Source: an uncultured bacterium (GTDB taxonomy: Bacteria; UBP14; UBA6098; B30-G16). From it: a stretch of 36,954 nucleotides of DNA. Shown here one piece after another: positions 28,526-36,954 of the stretch. Position 1 is the first letter of the stretch. Every line of letters begins with the position of its first letter. Under the pieces are notes generated by a model. It searched no databases. It was not told the origin of the DNA and saw only the letters and a program-made list of their open reading frames with translations. Both the position numbers and the translations under genes were made by a program. The stretch covers positions 1-36,954 of the forward strand of contig CBEVQY010000029.1 in assembly GCA_965552135.1 (NCBI GenBank). Reading direction: 5' to 3'.

Positions 28526-29434
28526 ATGAGGCGTTATCTGGCGTTTGCGCTTTTTTTCGCGGTCTTTGGTCTTGCGGTGGGTGCGGAGGAGGTCGAGGTT
28601 GGCGACGTGGTCGTCAGGCTGCGGTGCGGGGATGGGTATCTTAAGCTAAAACCCAAATGCTGCCCGTTCGGGAGGTTCAAGGACTGGAACTTCATCGATG
28701 TCTACCGCGTTCGCGCCAGAGCGGGGGAGCCGTTTGCGGTGGTGATTGAGAACCGTTTGTCCGCACCCGTGGGCGTTTACGTCTTCGTGGACGGCAAAAA
28801 CACGATCGGCGGTTCGTGCCGCGGCGGTGGGTGGTGGTACGTTCCACCCGGCGGAGTCGCGGAGATATCCTCGTGGCGGGACGATGATGGCAAAAGGCTT
28901 CGCTTCGCCCGGCGCACAAGCTGCGCTCACGGAGAAGATTATATGCCGGGCTGGATATTTGTGGCGCAGTACAGGCTCGCCTCCCCGGCTGAGGGAATGC
29001 CTCGCTGGTACAGAAGCTACGGCTACGACCAGCCCGTCCAGTTCTGGGCTGTGCCCGCCGAGTCCCTCGCTGTCCCGATAACGGAGCCTGTATACCGCCT
29101 CGAGCCGTATCCGCAGGGGCTTTTGGCTATTCGCTACGTTACGGGTGCTTCGTGTCGCAAGTGCAGGATCGATTTCGGGATCGAGGGCGTGAAGGCGGCG
29201 CGGGGAGGGGTCTACGTGCTGCGCGTGAAGCCCGGCTCGCCGGCCGACAGAGCAGGCTTTGTTGAGGGGGACGTCATCCTCGCCGTCGACGGCAAGCCCG
29301 TAAACACGCCGGAGGAGCTTGAGGAGGCGCTTTCGGCGGCTGCGGCGAGGGGAGAAGCTGAGCTTAAGGTTCGCAGCGCTACCGACGGAAGACTTTACGC
29401 CGTAAGCGTTAAGCTCTCGTGCGCAGAAAGGTAG
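28526..29434 (+). CDS. Exported protein with uncharacterised N-terminal domain and C-terminal PDZ domain
   Basis: Signal peptide MRRYLAFALFFAVFGLAVGA; PDZ GVYVLRVKPGSPADRAGFVEGDVILAVDG; GGGAGG SD. Confidence 0.85.
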   Translation: MRRYLAFALFFAVFGLAVGAEEVEVGDVVVRLRCGDGYLKLKPKCCPFGRFKDWNFIDVYRVRARAGEPFAVVIENRLSAPVGVYVFVDGKNTIGGSCRGGGWWYVPPGGVAEISSWRDDDGKRLRFARRTSCAHGEDYMPGWIFVAQYRLASPAEGMPRWYRSYGYDQPVQFWAVPAESLAVPITEPVYRLEPYPQGLLAIRYVTGASCRKCRIDFGIEGVKAARGGVYVLRVKPGSPADRAGFVEGDVILAVDGKPVNTPEELEEALSAAAARGEAELKVRSATDGRLYAVSVKLSCAER

Positions 29435-29531
29435 CCCGTCCTGCCCCAACGCTCGCAAGCAAAAGTGCTTGACTTCGCTGCCCACAAGCATAATTTCTTT
29501 ATTTCCTCAAAACGTTACCGGAGGTTTTGCG

Positions 29532-31145
29532 ATGGTTCACCCCTCTCTGCACAACAAAGCCGATATCACGCCCTTTAGGGCGACCATCGAGACCGCGTTT
29601 TACCGCAACAACGTCCACAAGGTTGGGTCGGTTGCGGAGGCGTATTTTCTTGCGAAGGAGTCGCCGGGGACAATAGTCACCGACATCCCCGTCTACAAGC
29701 CGGAGTATCACGGTCTTCCGAGCGACGCGAAGATACTCGTCTTCAACGACGGTGCGGTTGTGGGGAGATGTGCCCAGGCGCGCAGGCTCGCGTACACCCC
29801 GGGCGTCGACACTAAGGAGTACTCCGCCGTCATAAGGGAAGCCGTCTACCAGACGCGCTTCTACAAGATGTATCACGCTGAGGCGGTTATAGGTCTTCAC
29901 CCCGACTTTATGGTGAAGGCGCATCTGCTCATCCCGGAGGGCTTCGAGAACACGCTTTTGAACTGGATGCTCAACTTCCAGGCTATGAACACAGAGTACG
30001 CGGAGATGTATAAGAACTCGCGGCTCATCGACGACTACGAGATCTTCATATTCTCGAACCCCTACTGGGAGCATCCCGATTTTCCGCTTGGGCTTGCCTT
30101 CTTCGACCCGATGCACAACGTTGCGGCGCTTTTGGGGCTCAGATACTTCGGCGAGCACAAGAAGGGGACGCTTACCCTTGCGTGGGGGACGGCTAACCGC
30201 CACGGATACGTTGCCTGCCACGGCGGGCTTAAGCGCTACGACGACCAGAAGTTCGTCGCAGGCTTCTTCGGTCTTTCCGGATCAGGCAAATCTACCCTTA
30301 CGCACGCAAAGCACGAGGGGAAATACAGGATAACGATCGTCCACGACGACGCCTTCATAATAAACATGGACGATAAGTCCTCCATAGCGCTTGAGCCCAC
30401 CTACTTTGACAAGACAGCCGACTACGAGATCGGGCATCCCGACAACAAATATATCCTCACCGCGCAGAACGTGGGGGTTTCGGTCGGCGAGGACGGCAAG
30501 ATGTACCTTGTGACGGAGGACATTCGCTGCGGCAACGGCAGGGCGATAAAGTCGCGGCTTTGGTCGCCCAACCGCGTCGACAAAATCGAGGACCCGATAA
30601 ACGCCATCTTCTGGCTTATGAAGGATCCCGCACTGCCGCCTGTGACCCGCATAGAGGACCCGATCCTGGCAAGCACCATGGGGGTTACACTTGCCACGAA
30701 GCGCACCTCCGCCGAAAGGGTGGTCGGCGTGAGTTTGGATAAGCTTGTCGTCGAGCCCTACGCCAACCCCTTCAGGACGTACCCCCTCGCCGACGACTTC
30801 AACAAGTTCAAAGAGCTTATCCAAGCCGGCGTGAGGTGCTACATCCTCAACACCGGACACTTCATGGACAAGAAGGTTCCCAAGGAGCTTACGCTGGGCA
30901 TCCTCGAGAGCCTGGTTGAGGGCGAAGACAACTTCGTCGAGTGGAAGAACATCCCGCAGTTCTCCTATATTCCCTTCGATGGCTTCGAGCCCCGCATGGA
31001 CGACCCGGAGTACAGGGAGTTCTTCAAACAGCGCATGCTCGACAGGCTCAACTTCATCCGCACCCGCGAGGAGGAGACCAAGGGATACGACACCCTCCCC
31101 AAGGAGGCGGAGGAGGCGATAACGGAGATCGTCGGCAGGCTGTGA
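29532..31145 (+). CDS. Phosphoenolpyruvate carboxykinase (ATP)-family protein
   Basis: YFGEHKKG, CHGG, GLSGSGKST P-loop, HDD and NGR motifs; GGAGG then ATG 29532. Confidence 0.85.
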   Translation: MVHPSLHNKADITPFRATIETAFYRNNVHKVGSVAEAYFLAKESPGTIVTDIPVYKPEYHGLPSDAKILVFNDGAVVGRCAQARRLAYTPGVDTKEYSAVIREAVYQTRFYKMYHAEAVIGLHPDFMVKAHLLIPEGFENTLLNWMLNFQAMNTEYAEMYKNSRLIDDYEIFIFSNPYWEHPDFPLGLAFFDPMHNVAALLGLRYFGEHKKGTLTLAWGTANRHGYVACHGGLKRYDDQKFVAGFFGLSGSGKSTLTHAKHEGKYRITIVHDDAFIINMDDKSSIALEPTYFDKTADYEIGHPDNKYILTAQNVGVSVGEDGKMYLVTEDIRCGNGRAIKSRLWSPNRVDKIEDPINAIFWLMKDPALPPVTRIEDPILASTMGVTLATKRTSAERVVGVSLDKLVVEPYANPFRTYPLADDFNKFKELIQAGVRCYILNTGHFMDKKVPKELTLGILESLVEGEDNFVEWKNIPQFSYIPFDGFEPRMDDPEYREFFKQRMLDRLNFIRTREEETKGYDTLPKEAEEAITEIVGRL

Positions 31146-31163
31146 CGCGGCTTGTTGAGCCGT

Positions 31164-31264
31164 AAGTCGGGCTTTTGCGCGGCTGCAGATCTTTGCACGC
31201 CTTCGGTGGCAGAATCAGGCTTTCGTCCTGATACATTAAGCTTTAATGCAAAAAGCCCGACCTT
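31164..31264. other. Intergenic multibranch inverted-repeat element (ncRNA or MITE-like)
   Basis: Outer GTCGGGCTTTT/AAAAGCCCGAC perfect 11-bp inverted repeat enclosing hairpins TGCAG/TTGCA, ATCAGG/CCTGAT and CATTAA/TTAATG. Confidence 0.55.
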
Positions 31265-31277
31265 CTCAATCAACAAC

Positions 31278-31308
31278 TTGACACGCGCAGGCAGCATGGC
31301 TTTATTGT
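31278..31308 (+). promoter_or_regulatory. Putative sigma70 promoter of iscS/nifS
   Basis: TTGACA followed at 17-19 nt by TTTATT/TATTGT. Confidence 0.45.
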
Positions 31309-31335
31309 TGTGGCTGATTCGGACGGAGGGGGAGT

Positions 31336-32505
31336 ATGATTTACCTCGACAACAACGCCACCACGCCCACCGACCCGCGCGTTGTCGAGGCGATGATGCC
31401 CTTTTTCACCCAGCGCTTCGCCAACCCCTCAAGCGTCTATGCCTTTGCGCAGGAGCTTAAGGGGGTGGTGGAGGACTGTCGGGAGAGGTGTGCTCGGCTT
31501 CTGGGCGCCGATCCCAGTGAGATAATCTTTACCTCGGGCGGAACCGAAGCCGACAACACCGCCATCCTTGGGGCGGCGCTCGCGCAGGAGAAGAAGGGAA
31601 AACACATCATAACGACCCAGATAGAGCACAAAGCAGTTCTTGAGGCATGCAAGTTTTTGGAGAAGCACTTCGGCTACGAGGTCACCTATCTTCCCGTCGA
31701 CTCGCGCGGCGTTGTCGACCTCGATGCGCTGCGCAAAAGCATCCGCAAGGACACGGTGCTTGTCTCCATAATGCTTGCCAACAACGAGACGGGCGTCATC
31801 CAGCCCGTTGCGGAGGCTGCCCGAATCGCTCACGAAGCCGGCGTCCCAATCCACTCCGACGTCGTGCAGGGGATAGGCAAGATCCCAGTCGATTTCTCCT
31901 CCCTTGGGGTCGACTACGCTGCCGTTGCAGCTCATAAGTTCCACGGTCCGAGGGGGGTTGGCATTCTCTTTCGCCGCAGGGGTGCGCCTTTTGTTCCGAT
32001 AATTCGCGGCGGCGCGCACGAAAACAGGATGCGCGCAGGAACCGAAAACACCCCGGGCATCGTGGGCATAACCAAGGCTTTGGAGATCGCGACAGACGAG
32101 CTTCCGCGCGAGATGCCGCGGATAGAGATGCTTCGCGACAGGCTGGAGGCGGGCGTGCTTGAGCGAATCCCCGATGTCGTCGTAAACGGCGAAGGCGCGC
32201 CAAGGGTGCCCAACACGTTGAACGTGTCCATCAAGTACGTCGAGGGGGAGTCGCTGCTTTTCCTGCTCGACGAGGAGGGGATTCTCGTCTCCTCGGGGTC
32301 GGCGTGCACATCGGGTTCGCTTGAGCCGTCCCACGTCCTTTTGGCTATGGGGCTTGATCACGCCACCGCGCACGGCTCCCTGCGCTTCTCCCTCGCCAGA
32401 GAGAACACCGAGGACGACATAGAGAAGGTTCTCGACGTCTTGCCCCGCGTGGTCAAGCGCCTTAGGATGATGTCTCCGTTGTGTCCCGACGAGCTTAAGA
32501 GGTGA
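31336..32505 (+). CDS. iscS: Cysteine desulfurase (class I, IscS/NifS type)
   Basis: IYLDNNATT, FTSGGTE, NNETG, AHKFHGP (PLP Lys) and SSGSACTS (catalytic Cys). Confidence 0.93.
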   Translation: MIYLDNNATTPTDPRVVEAMMPFFTQRFANPSSVYAFAQELKGVVEDCRERCARLLGADPSEIIFTSGGTEADNTAILGAALAQEKKGKHIITTQIEHKAVLEACKFLEKHFGYEVTYLPVDSRGVVDLDALRKSIRKDTVLVSIMLANNETGVIQPVAEAARIAHEAGVPIHSDVVQGIGKIPVDFSSLGVDYAAVAAHKFHGPRGVGILFRRRGAPFVPIIRGGAHENRMRAGTENTPGIVGITKALEIATDELPREMPRIEMLRDRLEAGVLERIPDVVVNGEGAPRVPNTLNVSIKYVEGESLLFLLDEEGILVSSGSACTSGSLEPSHVLLAMGLDHATAHGSLRFSLARENTEDDIEKVLDVLPRVVKRLRMMSPLCPDELKR

Positions 32506-32516
32506 AAGGAGGCGCA

Positions 32517-33596
32517 ATGGCAAAGCTCCCGCCCCTGGGCAAGATAGACGCCGCCTTCTTCAACGAGGTGATATATCCCCGCCTCGGCGCGCAGAGGAGG
32601 GAGGTGGTCGTCGGTCCTCAGCACGGGGTCGATGTCGGCATAATCGAGCTTGGCGACTACGCCCTCGCATTCACCGCCGACCCGATATTTATAGTCCCCG
32701 AGTACGGCTGGGAGAGGGCGGCGTGGTTCGCTTTCCACATACTCTTCTCCGATGCCGTGACGTCGGGGCTCAGTCCCGCCTTCTTCCTGCCCGATTTCAA
32801 CCTGCCGCCCTCGATCACAGAGAAGGAACTTGAGCTCATCTGGAGCGTGATGGACAGGGAGGCAAAGCGCTACGGCGTTGCGGTTGTTGCCGGGCACACA
32901 GCCCGCTACGGCGGGTGTAACTATCCCATGGTCGGCGGAGCCGTTGCGGTTGCGCTCGGACCGAAGGACAAATACGTCTCCCCGCGGTTCATCCGCCCGG
33001 GGGATGCGATAGTCGTCACCAAGGGACCCGCGGTCGAGGCTACGGGGATATTCGCGGCGATGTTCCCGAAGTTCATATCCCGCAGGCTGGGCGATGATGT
33101 CGCGGAACGCGCGCAGAGGCTTTTCTACCAGATGAGCGTTGTCGACGACGCACTTGCGGCTGTCTCCGTCGGCGTTCGCGACGAGGGCGTTTCAGCCATG
33201 CACGACGCTACCGAGTGCGGTCTTTGGGGCGGGCTTTTTGAGCTGCTTGAGGCGGCTGGGCTTGGCGCAACGATCGAAAAGCAAAAAATCCCCCTAAACC
33301 CCGTCGTCGAGGCGGTGTGCGGGCTTTTTGGGATCGATCCCTTCGCCTCAATCTCGGAGGGAACGCTCATTCTGACCGTTCGCCCACACAGGGCAGCGGA
33401 GGTCGTCGAGGCGCTTGAGGGGGCGGGCATCGTCGCCGCGGTTGTGGGCAGCGTGGAGGAACAGCGCGGCATAAGGGTCCTCGACGGCGGGAGGAAGTTT
33501 GTGCTTGAGCACCCAAGGGTCGACCCGTTCTGGGAGGCGTTCTACAGCGCCCTCGAGCGCTACGAAGAGCTGGAGGGCGCAGCTTCCGAGCCGTAA
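32517..33596 (+). CDS. AIR synthase (PurM/HypE/ThiL superfamily)-related protein
   Basis: GPQHGVD, ADP, AGHT, PGDAIVVTKG, MHDATECGL and ISEGTL motifs; AGGAGG then ATG 32517. Confidence 0.88.
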   Translation: MAKLPPLGKIDAAFFNEVIYPRLGAQRREVVVGPQHGVDVGIIELGDYALAFTADPIFIVPEYGWERAAWFAFHILFSDAVTSGLSPAFFLPDFNLPPSITEKELELIWSVMDREAKRYGVAVVAGHTARYGGCNYPMVGGAVAVALGPKDKYVSPRFIRPGDAIVVTKGPAVEATGIFAAMFPKFISRRLGDDVAERAQRLFYQMSVVDDALAAVSVGVRDEGVSAMHDATECGLWGGLFELLEAAGLGATIEKQKIPLNPVVEAVCGLFGIDPFASISEGTLILTVRPHRAAEVVEALEGAGIVAAVVGSVEEQRGIRVLDGGRKFVLEHPRVDPFWEAFYSALERYEELEGAASEP

Positions 33597-33601
33597 ACGT
33601 C

Positions 33602-35506
33602 TCATCTTATAGGGCTTCCCGGGGGAACGTCCCTGTCGACGGTCAGGAGGGAGACGTTCTCCCCGTCGTCTGCGGCAAGGAGCATCCCCTGGCTTTCGTG
33701 TCCGCGGATGCGGGCGGGCTTGAGGTTGGCGACGACCACGATGTTCTTGCCCAAAAGCTCCTCGGGCTTATACCACTGAGCTATGCCCGCCACAAGCTGT
33801 CGCCTTTCGTCCCCGAGGTCGACCTCCAAAAGCAGCAGTTTGTCGGCGTTGGGTGCGGGCTTTGCTGAAAGCACACGACCAACGACAAGCTTTACGCGCT
33901 TGAGGTGCTCTAAGGTTATCACGCCCTCGGGCTGTGGCGGCGTTTTGGCAAGCTCGGTTACTCCCAGCGCCTGCTCCACGTCCCTCAGCGCGAGGCGCGG
34001 GAAGAGCGACGGCGGCTTTTTGATCCTCGTCCCCGGCGGGATAAGCTCAGGGCGGGATGCAGCCTCAAGCGAAAGCTCGCCGCTGTAACCAACGGCGTCG
34101 AGGAGCTCGGCGCTCTTTTTGGGGATCACGGGCGAAAGCAGAATCCCAACCTTAGCCAAAAGCTGCGTGGTCGTGTAAAGCACCGTTCCGAGGGGGTCCC
34201 TCCTGCCCTCCTTCGCAAGCTGCCACGGCTGGGTGCGCTCGATGTACCGGTTCGCCGACCTTATGGCGCCGTTTATCGCCTCGAGGGCGGCGTGGATCCT
34301 CAGGTGCTTAACGTTGTCCCAAACGACCTCGTGCAGCTTGTCCGAGACCGACAGAAGTTCCCTCGTCTCGTCGTCGACCTCGCCCATCTGCGGGAGGTTG
34401 CCGTCGAAGTAGGCGGCGACCATGTTGGTCACCCTCGCGAGCATGTTCCCAAGGTCGTTTGAGAGGTCGTTGTTGACCCTTTGGACCATCCCCTCAAGCG
34501 AGAAGTTGGCGTCAAGACCCACGACCATATCGCGCATGAGGTAGTATCTGAGCCTGTCGGCGCCGATGACCTCCTCGAGCGCCTGCGGATCGACGGCGTT
34601 GCCCAGCGACTTGCCCATCTTCTGCTCCGCAACAAGCCACCAGCCGTGGGCGAATATCGTCCTCGGCGGATCTATCCCCAGCGCGTGCAGGATTATGGGC
34701 CAGTATACGGCGTGGGTGGTGAGGATGTCCTTCCCGATGAGGTGGTAGTCAGCCGGCCACCACTTAGCGAAGCGCTCCTCATCTTCAAAAAGCCCCACGG
34801 CGGAGACGTAGTTGAGAAGCGCATCGACCCAGACGTAACATACGTAGTCTTCGTCGAAAGGTAGCTCGACCCCCCACGAAAGACGCTTTTTTGGGCGCGA
34901 GATGCAAAGATCATTGAGGGGTTTTTGCAAAAAGCCCAAAACCTCGTTCCGCCTGAAGTCGGGCTGGATGAACTCGGGATGGCTCTTTATGTAGTCCACA
35001 AGCCAGCCCTGATACTTGCTCATCCTGAAGAAGTAGTTCTCCTCCTCGATCCTGACGACGGGTCTGCCGCACTCGGGGCATTTGCCGTCCACGAGGTCCT
35101 TCTCCGTCCAGAAGCGCTCGTCGGGGATGCAGTACCACCCCACGTACGGCGCCTTGTATATGTCGCCCCTGTCGTAAAGCTTCTGAAGCGCCGCCTTGAC
35201 GACCTTGATGTGCTCCTCGTCGGTGGTCCTTATGAAGTGGTCGTACGAGATGCCCAATCTCACCCAAAGGTCTTTGAAGCGCTTTGAGTATTTGTCGCAG
35301 TGTTCCTTGGGCGATATCCCCGCCTTTGCAGCCGACTGCGCAACCTTTTGACCGTGCTCGTCGGTGCCGGTGAGGAAGAACACATCCTCGCCTGCGAGCC
35401 TGTGGAAGCCAGCGATCACATCGGCAAGCACCGTCGTGTATGTGTGCCCTATGTGGGGCTTGTCGTTGACGTAGTAAATCGGCGTCGTTATGTAGAACTT
35501 GCCCAT
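33602..35506 (-). CDS. metG: Methionine--tRNA ligase with C-terminal tRNA-binding domain
   Basis: FYITTPIYY, HIGH, TGTDEHG, YVWVDAL, KMGKS and ANLKPA..G.ESQGM motifs; true start ATG 35506. Confidence 0.97.
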   Translation of the reverse strand: MGKFYITTPIYYVNDKPHIGHTYTTVLADVIAGFHRLAGEDVFFLTGTDEHGQKVAQSAAKAGISPKEHCDKYSKRFKDLWVRLGISYDHFIRTTDEEHIKVVKAALQKLYDRGDIYKAPYVGWYCIPDERFWTEKDLVDGKCPECGRPVVRIEEENYFFRMSKYQGWLVDYIKSHPEFIQPDFRRNEVLGFLQKPLNDLCISRPKKRLSWGVELPFDEDYVCYVWVDALLNYVSAVGLFEDEERFAKWWPADYHLIGKDILTTHAVYWPIILHALGIDPPRTIFAHGWWLVAEQKMGKSLGNAVDPQALEEVIGADRLRYYLMRDMVVGLDANFSLEGMVQRVNNDLSNDLGNMLARVTNMVAAYFDGNLPQMGEVDDETRELLSVSDKLHEVVWDNVKHLRIHAALEAINGAIRSANRYIERTQPWQLAKEGRRDPLGTVLYTTTQLLAKVGILLSPVIPKKSAELLDAVGYSGELSLEAASRPELIPPGTRIKKPPSLFPRLALRDVEQALGVTELAKTPPQPEGVITLEHLKRVKLVVGRVLSAKPAPNADKLLLLEVDLGDERRQLVAGIAQWYKPEELLGKNIVVVANLKPARIRGHESQGMLLAADDGENVSLLTVDRDVPPGSPIR

Positions 35507-35600
35507 CGCTTCCCCCCGCTTGAAGGACCGAACACACAAAATAGCCAAATCCGCGCTGTGTTCAAGGGGTTTTTCGGGCCCTGCGCCCCGAAAGCTTTCC

Positions 35601-35629
35601 TTGACACAGCCTTTCGCGACGCGTATTTT
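35601..35629 (+). promoter_or_regulatory. Putative sigma70 promoter of fba (divergent metG promoter TTGAAC-N16-TATTTT at 35565-35538)
   Basis: TTGACA-N17-TATTTT. Confidence 0.6.
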
Positions 35630-35660
35630 TGCGAAAAAACGAAAAAGGAGGGGAGAAGCT

Positions 35661-36746
35661 ATGACCGAAAGGCAGCGCGAAAAGCTTTTGGCGATGCGAC
35701 CCGAAAACGCCCTCAGGGTGATCGGCGAGGAGTCGAAGATTCTGCTTATGAACTCCAAGGACATCCTCAGGGCTATCTTCGACGAGAAGATCATCATAAT
35801 GGCCTGCAACGCGCGCATTCCCTTCGTCATTCCAGGCATCATGCGTGCGGCGCAGGAGCTTGACGCCGTTGTTGCCTTCGAGCTCGCGAAGTCCGAGGGC
35901 AACATCGACGGCGGCTACACGGGGCAGACGCCCCAAAGATACGTCGAGGAGATAATAAACTACGCCGACCAGGTCGGCTTCACGATGCCCTTCTTCATCC
36001 ACGGCGACCACACCACGGTCAAAAAGCCCACCGACGAGGAGGTCGATTCCTCCGCGGCTCTTATCAGGGCAGAGTACGAAGCCGGCTACACGAGCTTTGC
36101 TATAGATGCATCCCACATGGAGATGGAGTACAACATCGCCGCCACGATACACCTCGCCAAGCCGATAGTCGAGTGGGGCTTGGGACTTGAGGTCGAGGTT
36201 GGTGAGATAGCCGGCGCTGCGGGGAAGCTTACGACGGTGGATGAGGCTGTGACGTTCCTGAGCGCCCTCAGGCTGGCTAAGATCTACCCCGACCTTTTGG
36301 CTATCGCCAATGGCGCCAAGCACGGGAACTACAAGCCCGGTGAGGAGGTCCACATCGACCTCAAGCGCACGGGCGAGATATTCGATGCCATAAAGGGCTG
36401 GGGGGTTGCCATAGCGCAGCACGGCATCACGGGAACGCCGCTGCACCTTGTGGGTCAGTTCGCCGACTACGGCATCCGCAAGGGCAACGTTGGAACGACC
36501 TGGCAGAACATCGCCCACAAGCACCTGCCCGCCGACCTCTTCGAGGCGATGAAAAAGTGGGCAGAGGAAAACAACAAGGACATAAAGCACGCAACGAGGC
36601 AGTTCAAAAAGGAGATCGACTCCATCCCCGAGGCGAACAAGAAGGCGATAGCCGACGAGGCATATGTTGTTGCCAAGGAGTTCATCGAGGCTTTCCGCGC
36701 AAAAGGGAGCGCAACGCTCGTGGCGGAGAAAATAGCGGGTAAGTGA
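35661..36746 (+). CDS. fba: Class II fructose-bisphosphate aldolase family protein
   Basis: HGDH, GYTSFAIDASH, EVEVGEI, GAKHG, HGITG and KGNVGT motifs; AGGAGG SD before ATG 35661. Confidence 0.9.
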   Translation: MTERQREKLLAMRPENALRVIGEESKILLMNSKDILRAIFDEKIIIMACNARIPFVIPGIMRAAQELDAVVAFELAKSEGNIDGGYTGQTPQRYVEEIINYADQVGFTMPFFIHGDHTTVKKPTDEEVDSSAALIRAEYEAGYTSFAIDASHMEMEYNIAATIHLAKPIVEWGLGLEVEVGEIAGAAGKLTTVDEAVTFLSALRLAKIYPDLLAIANGAKHGNYKPGEEVHIDLKRTGEIFDAIKGWGVAIAQHGITGTPLHLVGQFADYGIRKGNVGTTWQNIAHKHLPADLFEAMKKWAEENNKDIKHATRQFKKEIDSIPEANKKAIADEAYVVAKEFIEAFRAKGSATLVAEKIAGK

Positions 36747-36918
36747 ATAATATCCGTTGCGAATTGCGACTTCGACAGCAGTTAAATAATAACAGGTCCC
36801 CCCATGACCCAAGCGTGTGAGTTTACGCCTTCGCCTTTCCGGGCGTTGCTGCCTTTGGTCGTAACGTCGTTTATGCTGTGAATATTATATTGAGGCGGAC
36901 GATTGAAGGGAGGGCAAG

Positions 36919-36954
36919 ATGAAAAAGCATGTGCTGACTGTGTTTTTTGGAGGC
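36919..36954 (+). CDS. 5' start of a probable exported protein, truncated by window end
   Basis: GGGAGG SD then ATG; MKKHVLTVFFGG resembles the start of a signal peptide. Confidence 0.55.
   Translation, partial: MKKHVLTVFFGG

Noticed and set aside
29456..29471. Palindrome CAAGCA-aaag-TGCTTG overlapping the pck -35 box
   Set aside because: Only 6-bp arms, and CAA...TTG symmetry around -35 boxes recurs at several promoters here; not specific enough to call an operator.
31164..31264. tRNA, tRNA-Sec or hammerhead ribozyme
   Set aside because: No GTTCRA T-loop or D-loop signature; the hammerhead core CUGANGA...GAAA is not present in order on either strand.
32517..33596. selD or hypE assignment
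   Set aside because: Lacks the SelD catalytic Cys/Sec-x-x-Lys motif and the HypE C-terminal PRIC.
35499..35905. Apparent head-to-head overlap of extended metG and fba ORFs
   Set aside because: True starts are 35506 (-) and 35661 (+), each with SD-like sequences and divergent promoters between them.
36805..36861. c-di-GMP-I riboswitch-like pattern on the minus strand (GCAA-stem-GGAA-stem-GGCGTAAA)
   Set aside because: No P3/tetraloop receptor, and no downstream gene on that strand.

Overview
GC-rich bacterial chromosomal window, probably from an anaerobic diderm (inference from the LPS-type glycosyltransferases, EnvC, Rnf, GDH and PEPCK; taxon not determinable). It is mostly housekeeping genes: murA (partial), a thioesterase, two GT2 genes, tadA, gdh, merR-plsY-der, dnaE, pck, iscS/nifS, an AIR-synthase-like gene, metG and fba. 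The most unusual locus is an rnfD-G-E-A-B operon (3266-10363) with its own predicted promoter and no rnfC. It is interleaved with tightly overlapping non-Rnf genes: a PTS EIIA protein, a CBS-domain cation/H+ antiporter, a degenerate plus an intact HEPN gene without an MNT partner, and a DUF2007-like gene. Other notable items: a stand-alone tRNA-Ile/tRNA-Ala pair; a three-DnaA-box cluster (12024-12053); an operon of O-antigen-ligase/TPR, a 1585-aa kinase-NTPase-TPR-GAF-sigma54 activator, a sirtuin and envC; a ~35-bp REP-like palindromic array (22344-22556); a ~100-nt multibranch inverted-repeat element (31164-31264); and two apparently leaderless genes. No CRISPR array, transposase or prophage was seen. 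All family assignments come from motifs recognised by eye; no database search was run.
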